A DNA stretch of 64,000 nt from Candidatus Entotheonellaceae bacterium (GCA_965238075.1 OZ250173.1:2624001-2688000), one strand, 5' to 3'. Positions 21,086-31,556 are shown, counted from the first letter of the stretch. The notes: generated by a model not told the origin, from the letters alone. Translations and numbers: made by a program.

Positions 21086-21997
21086 ATGGCAACTACGGTG
21101 CTTATGACCGGCGCAACAGGGTACATTGCCAACCAGCTTTTGCCCACCTTTGCCGAGACGTACAAGATGGTGCTGGTGGACGTGAAGGAAGAGAACCGGG
21201 CGGGGGAACGCGTTGAAGGCGTCGTGCTGGCCGACCTGATTGACATGGATCGCAGCAAGTACGCGCATCTGTTCCAGGGTGTGGATGCGGTGGTGCACCT
21301 GGGCTACACGCGCCGGACGGGCGACCCGCTGGACCATTTTCACGACGAGAACCGCAACGTCGCCATGGCCTACAACGTGCTGCGCTGCGCCTATGAAGCC
21401 GGCACCTCACGCGTCGTGATCGCCAGCTCCAACCACGCCGCCGACTGGTACGAGCACAACCTCATTCACGCCGGCAAGATGGATGTCCTCGACCCGTACC
21501 GGCTGCCTTTGTCGGACAATTTCTACGGCTGGGCCAAGGCCACCTACGAGCATATGGGATTCCTGTTCGCCTGCGGCTTTGGGGATTTCGTCGATGCCAA
21601 CGGCCGTCAGCAGCACACCCGGCCCATTACCACACAGCGGAAGATGGGCGTCGTCATGGTGCGTATCGGCGCGCCGCGTGAGTTGGACCCGAGCCTGTAC
21701 CAGGGCGATCCGGCCAATTACAAGCGCGACCTCGGGGCCTACATCAGCCCGCGCGACCTCACCCAACTGATCGCCAAAGCGGTGGAAACGCCCAACATCG
21801 ACAACGAGCACGGCATTCCCTGGCAGGTCGTCTACGGCATCAGCAACAACACCCGCGCCTTCTGGTCGCTAACCAGCGCCCGCCGCGTGCTGGGTTATGA
21901 GCCGCAGGATGATTCGGAAATCAAGTTCGCCAAGGACATCCGGCAAATCCTGCACGATGCCGGGGCGCCGGGTGGCAAGGTTGGTCCGCCTGCCTAA
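21086..21997 (+). CDS. NAD-dependent epimerase/dehydratase (uronate dehydrogenase-like)
   Basis: TGATGYIA, ASSNHA, YGWAK, YGISNN. Confidence 0.87.
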   Translation: MATTVLMTGATGYIANQLLPTFAETYKMVLVDVKEENRAGERVEGVVLADLIDMDRSKYAHLFQGVDAVVHLGYTRRTGDPLDHFHDENRNVAMAYNVLRCAYEAGTSRVVIASSNHAADWYEHNLIHAGKMDVLDPYRLPLSDNFYGWAKATYEHMGFLFACGFGDFVDANGRQQHTRPITTQRKMGVVMVRIGAPRELDPSLYQGDPANYKRDLGAYISPRDLTQLIAKAVETPNIDNEHGIPWQVVYGISNNTRAFWSLTSARRVLGYEPQDDSEIKFAKDIRQILHDAGAPGGKVGPPA

Positions 21998-22003
21998 ACA
22001 CCC

Positions 22004-22858
22004 TCACACTTCTGCCCACAGGCGCCGCAGGTACGCGGCGTCTTCCCGCGCCCACGCCTCCAGGTTCGGCGGCGTCTCGTCGGCATAGCCGACCTGCCGG
22101 ATAATGGACTCATCGAAACCGTACTCGGTGTGCACCGAAAATGGCCCGTCGTAGCCCAGGGCTTTCAACGCCCCCAGCGCCCGGCGCCAGTTGACCGCGC
22201 CGCTGCCGAGCTTGACGAAGCGCGGCAGAAACGGTGGCTCGCTGCCCTCTGGCTGCGGGGCGTGGAAGGCGTCCTTGACGCCGATGATCGACAGGTAATC
22301 CCGCACCATCGCCAGCCCCATGTCGTAATCCTCACCATCCAGAATCATGTGCCCCAGGTCCGGGTAAGCGCCGATCCACCGCGCGTCCAAATCCCGCAGC
22401 AGGTGCATCATGCCGGCGCAGTTGGAACCCAGCACGGGGCCGCTGTGGAGTTGGTAAACGGTCTGCACGCCGTGTTTCCGGCCGATCTCCGCGAACCGTT
22501 CCAGATTTCGACGCCCGGCGTCCACCAAAGCCCAGTAGTTGTCCCCGGGTTTGAAGGCGAAGAAGCCGAGCTTCACGCGGGGGACCCCGGCGGCAGCGCA
22601 ACCGGCGTAGAGCGGTTCGACGTCCGCTGCATTGGGATCGACCCAGGAGATGGGGGTGGTTGCCAACGGGCAGGTGAGGCCCTGATCCCGCCAGACGCGG
22701 GCAGCCTGCGGCAGCGCCGTTTCGGCGTTTTCGGGGTTGACCGGGTGGCCGGGACGCACGTTGACGTCAACGCCGTCGAAGCCCAGCGCACAAACCTTGT
22801 CGCCGAGCTCCGGAACGCTCAGGGCGTGAAAGAATTTGGAGTTCAGTACAATCTGCAT
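22004..22858 (-). CDS. Sugar phosphate isomerase/epimerase (xylose isomerase-like TIM barrel)
   Basis: GFDGVD, RPGH, DLGH, VKD, LGSGAVNW, SVHTE. ATG 22858 inferred. Confidence 0.85.
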   Translation of the reverse strand: MQIVLNSKFFHALSVPELGDKVCALGFDGVDVNVRPGHPVNPENAETALPQAARVWRDQGLTCPLATTPISWVDPNAADVEPLYAGCAAAGVPRVKLGFFAFKPGDNYWALVDAGRRNLERFAEIGRKHGVQTVYQLHSGPVLGSNCAGMMHLLRDLDARWIGAYPDLGHMILDGEDYDMGLAMVRDYLSIIGVKDAFHAPQPEGSEPPFLPRFVKLGSGAVNWRRALGALKALGYDGPFSVHTEYGFDESIIRQVGYADETPPNLEAWAREDAAYLRRLWAEV

Positions 22859-22893
22859 AACGGATGCCGTCAAAAAAGAAGCGAAAATGGCTG

Positions 22894-22932
22894 CCCCCTC
22901 TCCCCTGGCGGGAGAGGGTTGGGGTGAGGGGG
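22894..22932. repeat. C/G-rich REP-like palindrome
   Basis: ccctctccc-ctggc-gggagaggg followed by ttggggtgagggg, intergenic. Confidence 0.7.
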
Positions 22933-22964
22933 CAATCTGGAGTGAGACACGGCCAAGAAGCGCG

Positions 22965-24290
22965 TTACGAGCCGCCGCCGGCCGCGTGCAGCGCCGTCGG
23001 AAGCGAATCGGCCAGTTCCCCCTGTTCATCGAACGGCCACGGTTCCGGCTCGCCGAGAATGTCGAAACGGTCGTCGTGGCGCAGGGCATCGGCCAGCGGT
23101 TCTGACACCTCGAAGTGCGTGACCGCCAGGGTATTTCGCACGCGCACGACGCGGCAGTCCAGCGGCTCCACCCGCGGCACGGACTTGATGGCCAGGGCGA
23201 CGGCTTCCTGTGAGGTGTTCATGATGAGGGGAATGGCGCCGCCGTCCAGGTAGGCGGAGGCGATGATGTTGGCGTAGAAGGCGCTGAAGTCGATCTTGCG
23301 GAAGAGCTTCATGGTGATCACGTCGGCCAGCGAAATGCCCGCCGCGTTGCCGTGCGAGGCGTCCGTGAGGTCCAGAACGACGATGCGCTTGACGCGCGGC
23401 GTGTCGAATCCCTCGATGCCCCGATTGTTGCGGCCCGTGACGTTGGGATCGAAGCCCGCGCCGCTGACGTTCTTGCCCATTTCTTCGATGACCAGCACGT
23501 CGATGTCGTCAATGGCGAGGCGGCCCATGGATTGCTTCGCCAGCGCCTGCAAGGCGGCCTCGCGCTCCAGCAGACGTTCGGCGGCGATGGCCTCGACGAG
23601 CATGGTGTCGTCGTGGGCGTTCTCCACAATGCCGATGCCGAATCGGAAGGGCGCCTCGCGCATGATGAGACGAGCGGCGGCAGGCAGCACCTCGGGAAAG
23701 TGGTCCATGCCCTGGCTGTGCAGCGTGGTGGCGCCGCGAATTTTCCCCATGCCGATGGTCATCATCTTGACGATGCCGCTCTCGATGTTGCCGCGGAAAC
23801 TGGTGTGGGGCTTGATGCGATTGACCAGCACGATGCCGTCGGCTTCCGCCGCATAAGCGTCGGCGTGGACCGGCAGGCCGCTTTCCAGTTGCCCTAGCAC
23901 CTTGGTGTCCATGGTGGCGCGGATGGGAGCGCCCACCGCCGCCTCGGTCAGACCGTAGTCTTCCAGCACTTGTCGCTGACCGGCGGCGTTGCTGGCGCCG
24001 TGGCTGCCCATGGCCGGAAACAGGAAGGGATCGCCGCCGAGCGATTTGATGCCGTCCACGACCGCCTTGACGATGGCCTGGATGTTGGCGATGCCGCGGC
24101 TGCTGCAGCCAATGGCGATGCGCTCGCCCGGCTTGATCTTGGCGGCGATTTCAGGCTTCTTGAACTGCTCGGCGACGGTCTCGGAAATGTTGTCCACGCG
24201 CGTGGTCTGGGCCTTCTGCCGTACCGGCACCATGCGGGGCAGGGGGATCTCCAGACCGCCGGCGATATTGACGTCGATGCGCTCGATCAT
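22965..24290 (-). CDS. Lactate racemase (LarA) superfamily / DUF2088-like protein
   Basis: SRGIANI, PAMGSHG, NRIKPHTSF, ESGIVKM, GKNVSGAG. ATG 24290 inferred. Confidence 0.8.
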   Translation of the reverse strand: MIERIDVNIAGGLEIPLPRMVPVRQKAQTTRVDNISETVAEQFKKPEIAAKIKPGERIAIGCSSRGIANIQAIVKAVVDGIKSLGGDPFLFPAMGSHGASNAAGQRQVLEDYGLTEAAVGAPIRATMDTKVLGQLESGLPVHADAYAAEADGIVLVNRIKPHTSFRGNIESGIVKMMTIGMGKIRGATTLHSQGMDHFPEVLPAAARLIMREAPFRFGIGIVENAHDDTMLVEAIAAERLLEREAALQALAKQSMGRLAIDDIDVLVIEEMGKNVSGAGFDPNVTGRNNRGIEGFDTPRVKRIVVLDLTDASHGNAAGISLADVITMKLFRKIDFSAFYANIIASAYLDGGAIPLIMNTSQEAVALAIKSVPRVEPLDCRVVRVRNTLAVTHFEVSEPLADALRHDDRFDILGEPEPWPFDEQGELADSLPTALHAAGGGS

Positions 24291-24519
24291 GGCATGCACT
24301 CTCTCGTGTTTGAGTGGGGTAGGGCGGGGTTCAAGGGCGAACGAGGCGCTAGTATACCACGCCCCACCGAGCCCGCTGCCGGGCGCCCGCGCGGGCTTTG
24401 GCGGACGGGTTGAGACGAAAATTTCTATAGGCACTTGGCGGCGTTTGCCCTATGATGGCGCGTCCTGTAAGCCTCACATCATCCACGCGGGGCGGCGCCC
24501 CGTCATAAGGTGGCCGATT

Positions 24520-26109
24520 ATGACGTTTGATCTGTTAATCAGACACGGTACGGTAATCGACGGCGCCGGGCGCCCGGGTGTGGCTGCCGACGTCGGCGTC
24601 AGCGGCGGGCGGGTCACCGCGGTGGCTCCTGCGTTGGAAGGCGACGCGGCGCGCGACATCGACGCCAGCGGCCGTGTCGTGGCGCCGGGGTTCATCGACG
24701 CGCACACCCATTCGGACTTCACCCTGTTGAGTACGCCCGGCGCCGACAGCAAGGTGCGCCAGGGCATCACCACCGAGGTCGTTGGCAACTGCGGCTTCTC
24801 GCCGGCGCCGGTGGCGCCGCAGACGCTTGGTTTGCTGAAGGAATACGTCGGTTTTCTGAACGCCGACCTGCCCTGGAACTGGCAGCGGCTGGGTGAGTAT
24901 TATCAGCGCGTCAGCGATCAGGGCTGCGCCTTGAACCTGGTGCCGCTCGTTGGTCACGGCGCCGTTCGCATCGCCGTCATGGGATTTGCCGATCGGGCTC
25001 CCAGCGCCGACGAATTGGTGCACATGCAGCGTCTCGTGGGCGAGGCTATGGAGGACGGCGCCTTCGGTCTGTCCTCGGGTCTGATCTACACCCCCGGATG
25101 CTACGGCGACACAGCCGAGCTCGTTGCCCTGGCGCAGGTCGCGCGGCAGGCCGGCGGCGTTTACGCCACGCACATGCGGGGCGAGGGCGGCACGCTCGAG
25201 GAGGCCATCTCCGAGGCTCTGAGCGTTGGCGAAGAAGCTAGCATCCCGGTGCAGATATCCCACCTGAAGGCGTCCGGACGCGAGAATTGGGGCAAGATGG
25301 AACGGGCGCTGCACATGATCGAGGCGGGGCGGGAACGCGGCATCGCGGTGACCGCGGACATCTATCCCTACATCGCGGGCAGCACGACGATGACCAGCCT
25401 GTTCCCGGCCTGGACGCTGGAGGGCGGTATGGATCGCTTCCTGGCCCGCATCGGCGACCGGGACACGCGGCAGCGCATCATTGATGAGGTGCAGGGCGGC
25501 GGCGCGGGCTGGTCGCGGGCCACGGGGTCGCTGGGTTGGGACGACATTTTGGTGGCGTCCTGCCAGCAGCAGAAGCAGTTCGAGGGCTGCACGGTGGCGC
25601 AGATTGCCGATGCCATGGGGAAGGAACCGCCCGAGGCCATGATGGATTTCCTGCTGGCCGAACAGGGCAAGGTGGCGGTGGTGCTGTTCATGATGTGCGA
25701 GGAAAACGTCGCCCGCGGCATTGCGCACCCGCTGTTGATGATCGGCTCCGATTCCCTGGCGCTGGCCGCGGGGCAGGGCGGCAAGCCGCATCCGCGCACT
25801 TACGGCACGTTTCCGCGCGTGCTGGGGAAGTACGTACGCGACGAACGCCTCCTCAGCCTCGAAGAAGGCATCCGCAAAATGACCTCTATGGCGGCGGACA
25901 CGTTCGGCCTCGGCGACCGCGGCGTACTCGCCAAGGGCAAGGCGGCGGACATCACGATTTTCGATGCGGCGACCGTTGCCGACCAGGCCACCTTCGGCGA
26001 GCCGCACCAGTATTCCATCGGCATTGATTACGTGATCGTCAACGGCCAGGTTGTCGTTGAGCACGGCGTGCAACACCCGGTTTTGCCCGGTCAGGTGTTG
26101 CGGAAGTAG
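24520..26109 (+). CDS. N-acyl-D-amino-acid deacylase (D-aminoacylase)
   Basis: PGFIDAHTHSD, GNCG, HMRGE, ISHLK, HPRTYGTFPR. Confidence 0.93.
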   Translation: MTFDLLIRHGTVIDGAGRPGVAADVGVSGGRVTAVAPALEGDAARDIDASGRVVAPGFIDAHTHSDFTLLSTPGADSKVRQGITTEVVGNCGFSPAPVAPQTLGLLKEYVGFLNADLPWNWQRLGEYYQRVSDQGCALNLVPLVGHGAVRIAVMGFADRAPSADELVHMQRLVGEAMEDGAFGLSSGLIYTPGCYGDTAELVALAQVARQAGGVYATHMRGEGGTLEEAISEALSVGEEASIPVQISHLKASGRENWGKMERALHMIEAGRERGIAVTADIYPYIAGSTTMTSLFPAWTLEGGMDRFLARIGDRDTRQRIIDEVQGGGAGWSRATGSLGWDDILVASCQQQKQFEGCTVAQIADAMGKEPPEAMMDFLLAEQGKVAVVLFMMCEENVARGIAHPLLMIGSDSLALAAGQGGKPHPRTYGTFPRVLGKYVRDERLLSLEEGIRKMTSMAADTFGLGDRGVLAKGKAADITIFDAATVADQATFGEPHQYSIGIDYVIVNGQVVVEHGVQHPVLPGQVLRK

Positions 26110-26121
26110 CGGGGGGAAGGG

Positions 26122-27291
26122 ATGTCTCAAACCACGTTAGCTGATCCCCTGGCGGCGGCGATTGACCTGCTGCCCCAGGTGCGGGCGGCGCGCGACGAGT
26201 TGGAAGAGATTCGTCACATACCGAGCGCCCTGGCGCGGGCGATCGGCGATGCCGGGCTGTTCCAGCTTTATCTTCCGAGCGCCATCGGCGGTGCGGAAAC
26301 CCCGCCGCTGAAGACGTTCCGGGTGATTGAAGAGTTCTCCAAAGCCGAAGGGTCGGTGGGCTGGTGCGTCATGATCGCCAACAGCGTCTCGTTGTTCACC
26401 GGCTGGCTGGCACCGGACGTCGCGCGCGACATGTTTGGGCAGCCGCCCGTGGTGCGCATGGCCGGCTCGGTGCGGCCTGAAGGCAAGGCGTGGGCCGTGG
26501 ACGGCGGCTACCGCGTGACGGGGCAATGGAATTTCGCTAGCGGGGTGCATCACGCCAACTGGCTGTTCTGCACGTGCACCGTCATGGACGGCGACACGCC
26601 GCGTCGGTCTGCCAACCAGGCGCCCGTGATCCGTTCGATGTACATCCCGGCCGAAAATGCCACGATCGAGGACACCTGGTCGGTGGTCGGCATGTGCGGC
26701 ACCGGAAGCCACGATTTCGTGATCGACGACGTCTTCGTGCCGGAGGCGCACGCCTTTTCGCTCTATGAACCGCCCAAGGTTGTCGCGCCCCTGTATAACC
26801 CGCGCCTGGTTATGGTCGCCGCCTGGACGAACACCGCGGCCAACGCCTTGGGCATCGCCCGGGGCGCCATGGACACCTTTGTCGAGTTGGCGAGCCGTTC
26901 CGGCTCGACGAACTCGGCCACGCTGTTGCGCGACCGGCCTTTGGTGCAGTCGCGTATCGCCGAAGCGGAGGCCATCCTGGGCGCGGCGCGGGCCTATGTG
27001 CTGGAATCGGTGGGGGCGGCGTGGGATGCGGTGTGTGAACAGGCACCCGATCCGGGCCCGGAGATCGCCCGGGCACGGCTCGCCATCACGCACGCCATGC
27101 ACGAAGCGGTGCGGGCCGTGGACTTGGTGTTCCACACTGCCGGCACCAATGCCGTGTATCGCAAACACCCGCTGGAGCGTTATTTCCGGGACATCCACGT
27201 TGCCGTGCAGCATGCCGCCGGGCTGGCGTCGCACGTCGAATCGGCGGGGAAGGCGCTGTTGGGGTTGCGCCCGATGGACCTGGGTTGGTGA
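26122..27291 (+). CDS. Acyl-CoA dehydrogenase-fold flavin-dependent hydroxylase (HsaA/NcnH-like)
   Basis: GQWNFASG, DTWSVVGMCGTGSHD, LERYFRDIH. Confidence 0.85.
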   Translation: MSQTTLADPLAAAIDLLPQVRAARDELEEIRHIPSALARAIGDAGLFQLYLPSAIGGAETPPLKTFRVIEEFSKAEGSVGWCVMIANSVSLFTGWLAPDVARDMFGQPPVVRMAGSVRPEGKAWAVDGGYRVTGQWNFASGVHHANWLFCTCTVMDGDTPRRSANQAPVIRSMYIPAENATIEDTWSVVGMCGTGSHDFVIDDVFVPEAHAFSLYEPPKVVAPLYNPRLVMVAAWTNTAANALGIARGAMDTFVELASRSGSTNSATLLRDRPLVQSRIAEAEAILGAARAYVLESVGAAWDAVCEQAPDPGPEIARARLAITHAMHEAVRAVDLVFHTAGTNAVYRKHPLERYFRDIHVAVQHAAGLASHVESAGKALLGLRPMDLGW

Positions 27292-27301
27292 TTGGTGTGG
27301 G

Positions 27302-27405
27302 CATCACTCCGGCGAAAGAACGTTACCCCGGACCTGATCCGGGGCCGGAGTGCAGTGGCTTTCCGGGGAATAAGGTCGCTGGATTACGGCGTGCGCCGGA
27401 ATGAC
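27302..27405. repeat. Composite REP-like element (…CCGGAATGAC type) with inner palindrome
   Basis: catcactccggcg…ccccggacctgatccgggg…cgccggaatgac. Confidence 0.6.
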
Positions 27406-27423
27406 CATTTGAAGGCGCGGGGA

Positions 27424-27458
27424 GATTGCCAAGGGCAAAGTAGAGACCCTTGGCAATC
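27424..27458. terminator. Hairpin between convergent genes, probable terminator
   Basis: gattgccaaggg…cccttggcaatc, 12-bp stem. Confidence 0.55.
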
Positions 27459-27480
27459 GGGTTCGCAGGCTTAGGTTTAT

Positions 27481-27996
27481 CTATTCAACCATCTTCTTGA
27501 TGTTGTCCAAGCCCGTCTGGTAAATGCCGCGCAGGGCTTCGGCCATCTCAGCGCCACCGTCTTCATAGGTGTCGGCGTCGATCTGACCTATCCACTCGAC
27601 GACGGAGGTTCCCGGGTCCGTTGCGGGGTACACCCTGATCGTGGAACGGTAGCGGGCGTCGGTCAGGAAGCCCTTGCTCATGACGTAGGTGTAATGGCTC
27701 GGACCTTGGTCGACCATGGGTTCGTCGATCTTCACACCGTCTTCGAGCGTGAGGTAGCGGATCGAACCAACTCCCTTGTCGTTGGTCATGACGCAATCCA
27801 CGACAATGGGCACGAATTTGGGTAAGTCGCAGAAGCCACCGACCTGTTCCCACACGGCTTCGGTGGTGGCATTCACCTGGATCCAGGTGTATATGTTGAG
27901 GTTCTTCGCATACGCCGTGCCGGCGCCTAGCATCAGGGTGACGGCCGCTACGCCGATCAGGCGGCGCATCGTCCGCTGCAGGTACGTCTGATTCAT
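27481..27996 (-). CDS. Secreted SRPBCC family protein (MxaD-like)
   Basis: Signal peptide ending AYA; VWEQVGGF, GVGSIR, IYQTGLDNIK. Confidence 0.8.
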   Translation of the reverse strand: MNQTYLQRTMRRLIGVAAVTLMLGAGTAYAKNLNIYTWIQVNATTEAVWEQVGGFCDLPKFVPIVVDCVMTNDKGVGSIRYLTLEDGVKIDEPMVDQGPSHYTYVMSKGFLTDARYRSTIRVYPATDPGTSVVEWIGQIDADTYEDGGAEMAEALRGIYQTGLDNIKKMVE

Positions 27997-28200
27997 TTCC
28001 AGCTTTCCTCCTCGCTTCCCTCCGATTGATTTCGCCTATTCTGACTTTCCGTAAAACAGGCGGCTACTGAGCGGGCGGCAGAATAGCCGTTGCTATCCCA
28101 GGGGTCAATACCCCGGTTGCGTTGCGGGAAGAGTTGGCATAAGGTGAGACCCGCTGCAGGGACATCGTGTCAGGACAGGCGATCACAAGGAGAACCAGCC

Positions 28201-28632
28201 ATGGCGAAGATTAAGCACATTGCCCTTTCGACGCAGAACCCGGACGAAACGGCCAAGTTTTACACCGAGGTGTTCGGCCTGGAAGAAATCGCCAAGCTCG
28301 ACGGGCCGGGGGCTTCCGGTTACTACCTCAGCGACGGCGACATCAACATCGCGATTCTCAAATTCAAGAACGACGCCGTGGCCGGAACGGAGCGCGGCAA
28401 GGAATGGAGCGGCCTGCACCACATCGGTTTTCAGGTGGAAAGCCTGGAGGACATCGCGGCCAAGCTGACCGCCGCCGACGCGGCGCCGCGCGATGACATC
28501 AACCAGGCGCTCAGGGTGGGGATGGGACGCCCGCATCATGCCAACGTCGAGGTCAAATACAGCGGACCGGACGGCGTCATTGTCGACGTATCGGAAACTG
28601 GCTGGGTGGGCACCTCGCCGCTGAAGACCTGA
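28201..28632 (+). CDS. VOC / glyoxalase family protein
   Basis: IKHIAL, FYTEVFGL, GLHHIGF, GPDG; GGAG RBS upstream. Confidence 0.88.
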   Translation: MAKIKHIALSTQNPDETAKFYTEVFGLEEIAKLDGPGASGYYLSDGDINIAILKFKNDAVAGTERGKEWSGLHHIGFQVESLEDIAAKLTAADAAPRDDINQALRVGMGRPHHANVEVKYSGPDGVIVDVSETGWVGTSPLKT

Positions 28633-28636
28633 TCCC

Positions 28637-29257
28637 CTATGGCTGTCCCCACAGCAATCCTTCCAGGGCCGCCAGGCACGACGCCGTGTCCTCAAACACG
28701 ATGCCGTGCATGCCTAGCGCCCGCGCGGCTTCGACGTTCACCGGCAGGTCGTCGATAAACACGCAGGCGGACGCCGGCAGGGCGAGCATTCCAAGGATGG
28801 CTTCATACGCCGCGGCGTCCGGCTTCATCACGCCAATCTCGGCGGAAATGGCGACGTGGTCGAAACGCCGCACCAGGTCCTGCGCCTCAAGCATGCCGCG
28901 CAGGTCGGTGCTGAAGTTGCTCAGCAGTCCCAACGCCATACCCTGTTGCCGCAGTCGGTCGATGCAGGCCAACAGTCGTTGATTGAGAACGTCCCCGCCG
29001 TAAAACGACGCCCGCAGCCCGCGCAATTGCGATTTGCTCAGCCCCAACGCCTCACCTACCGCCTGCCAGTGCGCGTCCGATCGGATGCTGCCGTTTTGCG
29101 CCGCCACCCACAACCGCTTGTCGTGCACCGTCGCCGTCAAGGTGCCCGGCGTCAGGCCGAGGTCGCGTTCCCAGGCCGCCCGCGGTTCCGGATCGACAGT
29201 CCGGGCCAAGACGCCGCCGTAGTCGAAGATCACGGCCTCGATGCCACCGCCCCGCAT
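28637..29257 (-). CDS. HAD family phosphatase
   Basis: DYGGVL, LLSN, KPD, FIDD. Confidence 0.9.
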   Translation of the reverse strand: MRGGGIEAVIFDYGGVLARTVDPEPRAAWERDLGLTPGTLTATVHDKRLWVAAQNGSIRSDAHWQAVGEALGLSKSQLRGLRASFYGGDVLNQRLLACIDRLRQQGMALGLLSNFSTDLRGMLEAQDLVRRFDHVAISAEIGVMKPDAAAYEAILGMLALPASACVFIDDLPVNVEAARALGMHGIVFEDTASCLAALEGLLWGQP

Positions 29258-29277
29258 GTAGGATTCCTCATCAAGCT

Positions 29278-29368
29278 GTGGGTCGGATTAGCGAAGCGTA
29301 ATCCGACATTCCACTGTCGCCCCATAGGCTTCTTCTGTCGGGTTAGACCTACGGCTAACCCGACCTAC
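29278..29368. repeat. Inverted pair of GTAG-type REPs (REPIN-like)
   Basis: gtgggtcggattagcgaagcgtaatccgaca (29278-29308) and tgtcgggttagacctacggctaacccgacctac (29336-29368). Confidence 0.75.
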
Positions 29369-30084
29369 TTGAAGCCGCCAGTCCACACATGATTCAATCC
29401 GACACGGAAATGCTCCAACCCGAGGGCAGGGCTAACCAAGTGCAGATGTCAATACCGCATAGCCTGCCGAAGAACCGCGAGGCGTCCCAGGGCAGGGCGC
29501 TGCTGGTTCGGACTTGCGCTTCCCTGGCTGTACGTCTGAACAGTTGGGAACGTTCTCCGAGGACGTGCGGGTTATGAACGAGGACACCAAGTCCATGAAC
29601 TCGGCGATCTCCGACGATACCTCAGCCGGTATTGCAACCGAATCCCTCACCGCGGTGCATACAAATTACCAGGATCCCTCCCGTTGGAACCATTTTTCAG
29701 GCCAAGCTACAAACACCTGCAACGAGACCATGCGCGTCACGTATGGGTACCATACAAGATTGGATGGGACACCCGGTCAAGTCCCGTGGTGTACACCCGG
29801 GCACGCAGGGCTCAGGTCGGGAGCAACGACGCTTTCTCCCTGGCAAAGTGAACCCGTCGCCTCTTTAACCTGCGGGCATCTCGATCAGGTGGTGTGCCTG
29901 TAGCGATGCGCACACTCGGGCAGCGTTTGCTGAACCGATAGGTCTGGGAGTTCACGATTGCAGGCGTCGATGCGTTTCTCGGTAGCTGACCTGCGTCCAT
30001 CCATCGAGCGGTCGATGAACGTTTCGAGCCCCGGTAGTTCCCCTGTAACCCCTGCTGAAAAACCGTCTCCGTTCCAAGAGCCCA

Positions 30085-30113
30085 ACTTCTGATAACCCCG
30101 GCTTATGTGAACC
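30085..30113 (+). other. XerC/D dif-like recombination site (left)
   Basis: acttctgataa-ccccggc-ttatgtgaacc, an 11-7-11 layout resembling E. coli dif ggtgcgcataa-N6-ttatgttaaat. Confidence 0.6.
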
Positions 30114-30131
30114 TCTAGGCGGTGGCGCGAA

Positions 30132-30359
30132 TCAGTCTCGGAATGGCAACACGTAGTCTTCCCAGTATTCACGCGCAAGTTCCTGTGCGCGGGCAATTCC
30201 TTCGCGGGTCATACGTTTGGCGACAAGTTCTTTGAATTTCTCAGCGCATGCGTAACCCTGACCGACGGCAATGTTGAGCCAGGCGTAGCCTTGCACGTCG
30301 TTCTGCGGCCCGCCCCTGCCGAGCAAGTACATGACACCCAAGCTGGCTTGCGCCTTTTT
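30132..30359 (-). pseudogene. C-terminal fragment of a Sel1-repeat protein
   Basis: KAQASLGVMYLLGRGGPQNDVQGYAWLNIA…MTREGIARAQELA; in-frame TAG immediately upstream at 30360-30362. Confidence 0.75.
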
Positions 30360-30467
30360 CTATCTCCCACTTTTCGAGGAAAGGCCAGCTTGCATGGCCG
30401 TCTGCCATCGCCCCGTTGTCTTGCGAGAACAGCGGCTCTCCGGTCCGGATTACTTGCCCCGGCAGGC

Positions 30468-31556
30468 TCAGGAAGAGTCCTCGCGGGCGAGCAGGATCCG
30501 CTTCCGTTCCACTCCCCAGCGGTAGCCGCCGAGTGCGCCGTCGTTCCGGACCACCCGGTGGCAGGGGATCGCGACGGCGAGCGGGTTGGAGGCACATGCG
30601 CGCGCGACCGCCCGGGCCGCTTTCGGCGAGCCGACGCGATCGGCGATCGTGCCGTAGCTGGCGGTCGTACCGGCGGGAACTTCCCTCAGCGCCTGCCATA
30701 TCCGCCGCTGGAACGCCGTCCCGAGGATGTCCAGCGGCAGGTCGAGGCCGAGCGCGGGCGCTTCGACGAAGCCGATGACTCGGGCTACCACGGATTCGAA
30801 CTCCGAATCTCCCCCAACCAGTTTCGCCCGCGCAAAACGGTCCTCCAGCTCGTTCACCAAGACGGTCGGATCGTCGCCGAGCAGAATCGTACAGACCCCT
30901 CCGGCCGTCGCCGCGACGAGGATGGAGCCGAGCGAACACTCGCCGACGGCGAACCGGATCTTCTCGCCCGTGCCACCGCGCCGGAAGGTCGAGGGAGCCA
31001 TCCCGAGCGTCGCCGACGAGGCCGCGTAGAACCGGCCGCTCGAGTTGAACCCGGAGTCGTAGATAGCGTCGGTGACTGTTCGGGACGTCCGCAGCGCCTC
31101 GCGCATCCGATCCGCACGGTGAGCGGCGGCGTACGCCCGCGGCGTGCAGCCGGCGACGGCCTTAAAGACTCGGTGGAAATGAAACCGGCTCATGCCGGCC
31201 GCTCCCGCGAGCGCGTCGAGGTCCGGGACCTCCTCCGCGGTCTCGATGAGGCGGCACGCGGTTGCCACCGCCTCCGCATGCCTTTCGGCAAGCGGAAGAT
31301 CGTTTGGGCGACAGCGTCGGCACGGCCGGAAGCCGGCATTCTCGGCGACCTCGCAGGAAGCGTGGAAGCGCACGTGCTCGCGCCGCGGTCGTCGGGCCGC
31401 GCAGCCCGGACGACAATAGACACCGGTCGTCGCGACGGAGTAGACAAACTCGTCACCAGCGGCATGGTCGCGGTTCACGACCGCCACCCAACGTTCCTCG
31501 TCGCTGCTGAATCGGGTCGGCATGGGGGTTCGGATCGCCTTCGGTTCGGCCATCAT
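30468..31556 (-). CDS. ada: Bifunctional Ada transcriptional activator / O6-methylguanine-DNA methyltransferase
   Basis: CRPGC…FRPCRRC zinc domain, AraC helix-turn-helix, AIPCHRV active site. Confidence 0.95.
   Translation of the reverse strand: MMAEPKAIRTPMPTRFSSDEERWVAVVNRDHAAGDEFVYSVATTGVYCRPGCAARRPRREHVRFHASCEVAENAGFRPCRRCRPNDLPLAERHAEAVATACRLIETAEEVPDLDALAGAAGMSRFHFHRVFKAVAGCTPRAYAAAHRADRMREALRTSRTVTDAIYDSGFNSSGRFYAASSATLGMAPSTFRRGGTGEKIRFAVGECSLGSILVAATAGGVCTILLGDDPTVLVNELEDRFARAKLVGGDSEFESVVARVIGFVEAPALGLDLPLDILGTAFQRRIWQALREVPAGTTASYGTIADRVGSPKAARAVARACASNPLAVAIPCHRVVRNDGALGGYRWGVERKRILLAREDSS

Noticed and set aside
29389-30080. Integron attC sites or further UGA read-through ORFs
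   Set aside because: No paired RYYYAAC/GTTRRRY inverted structure, and read-through gave no recognisable protein.
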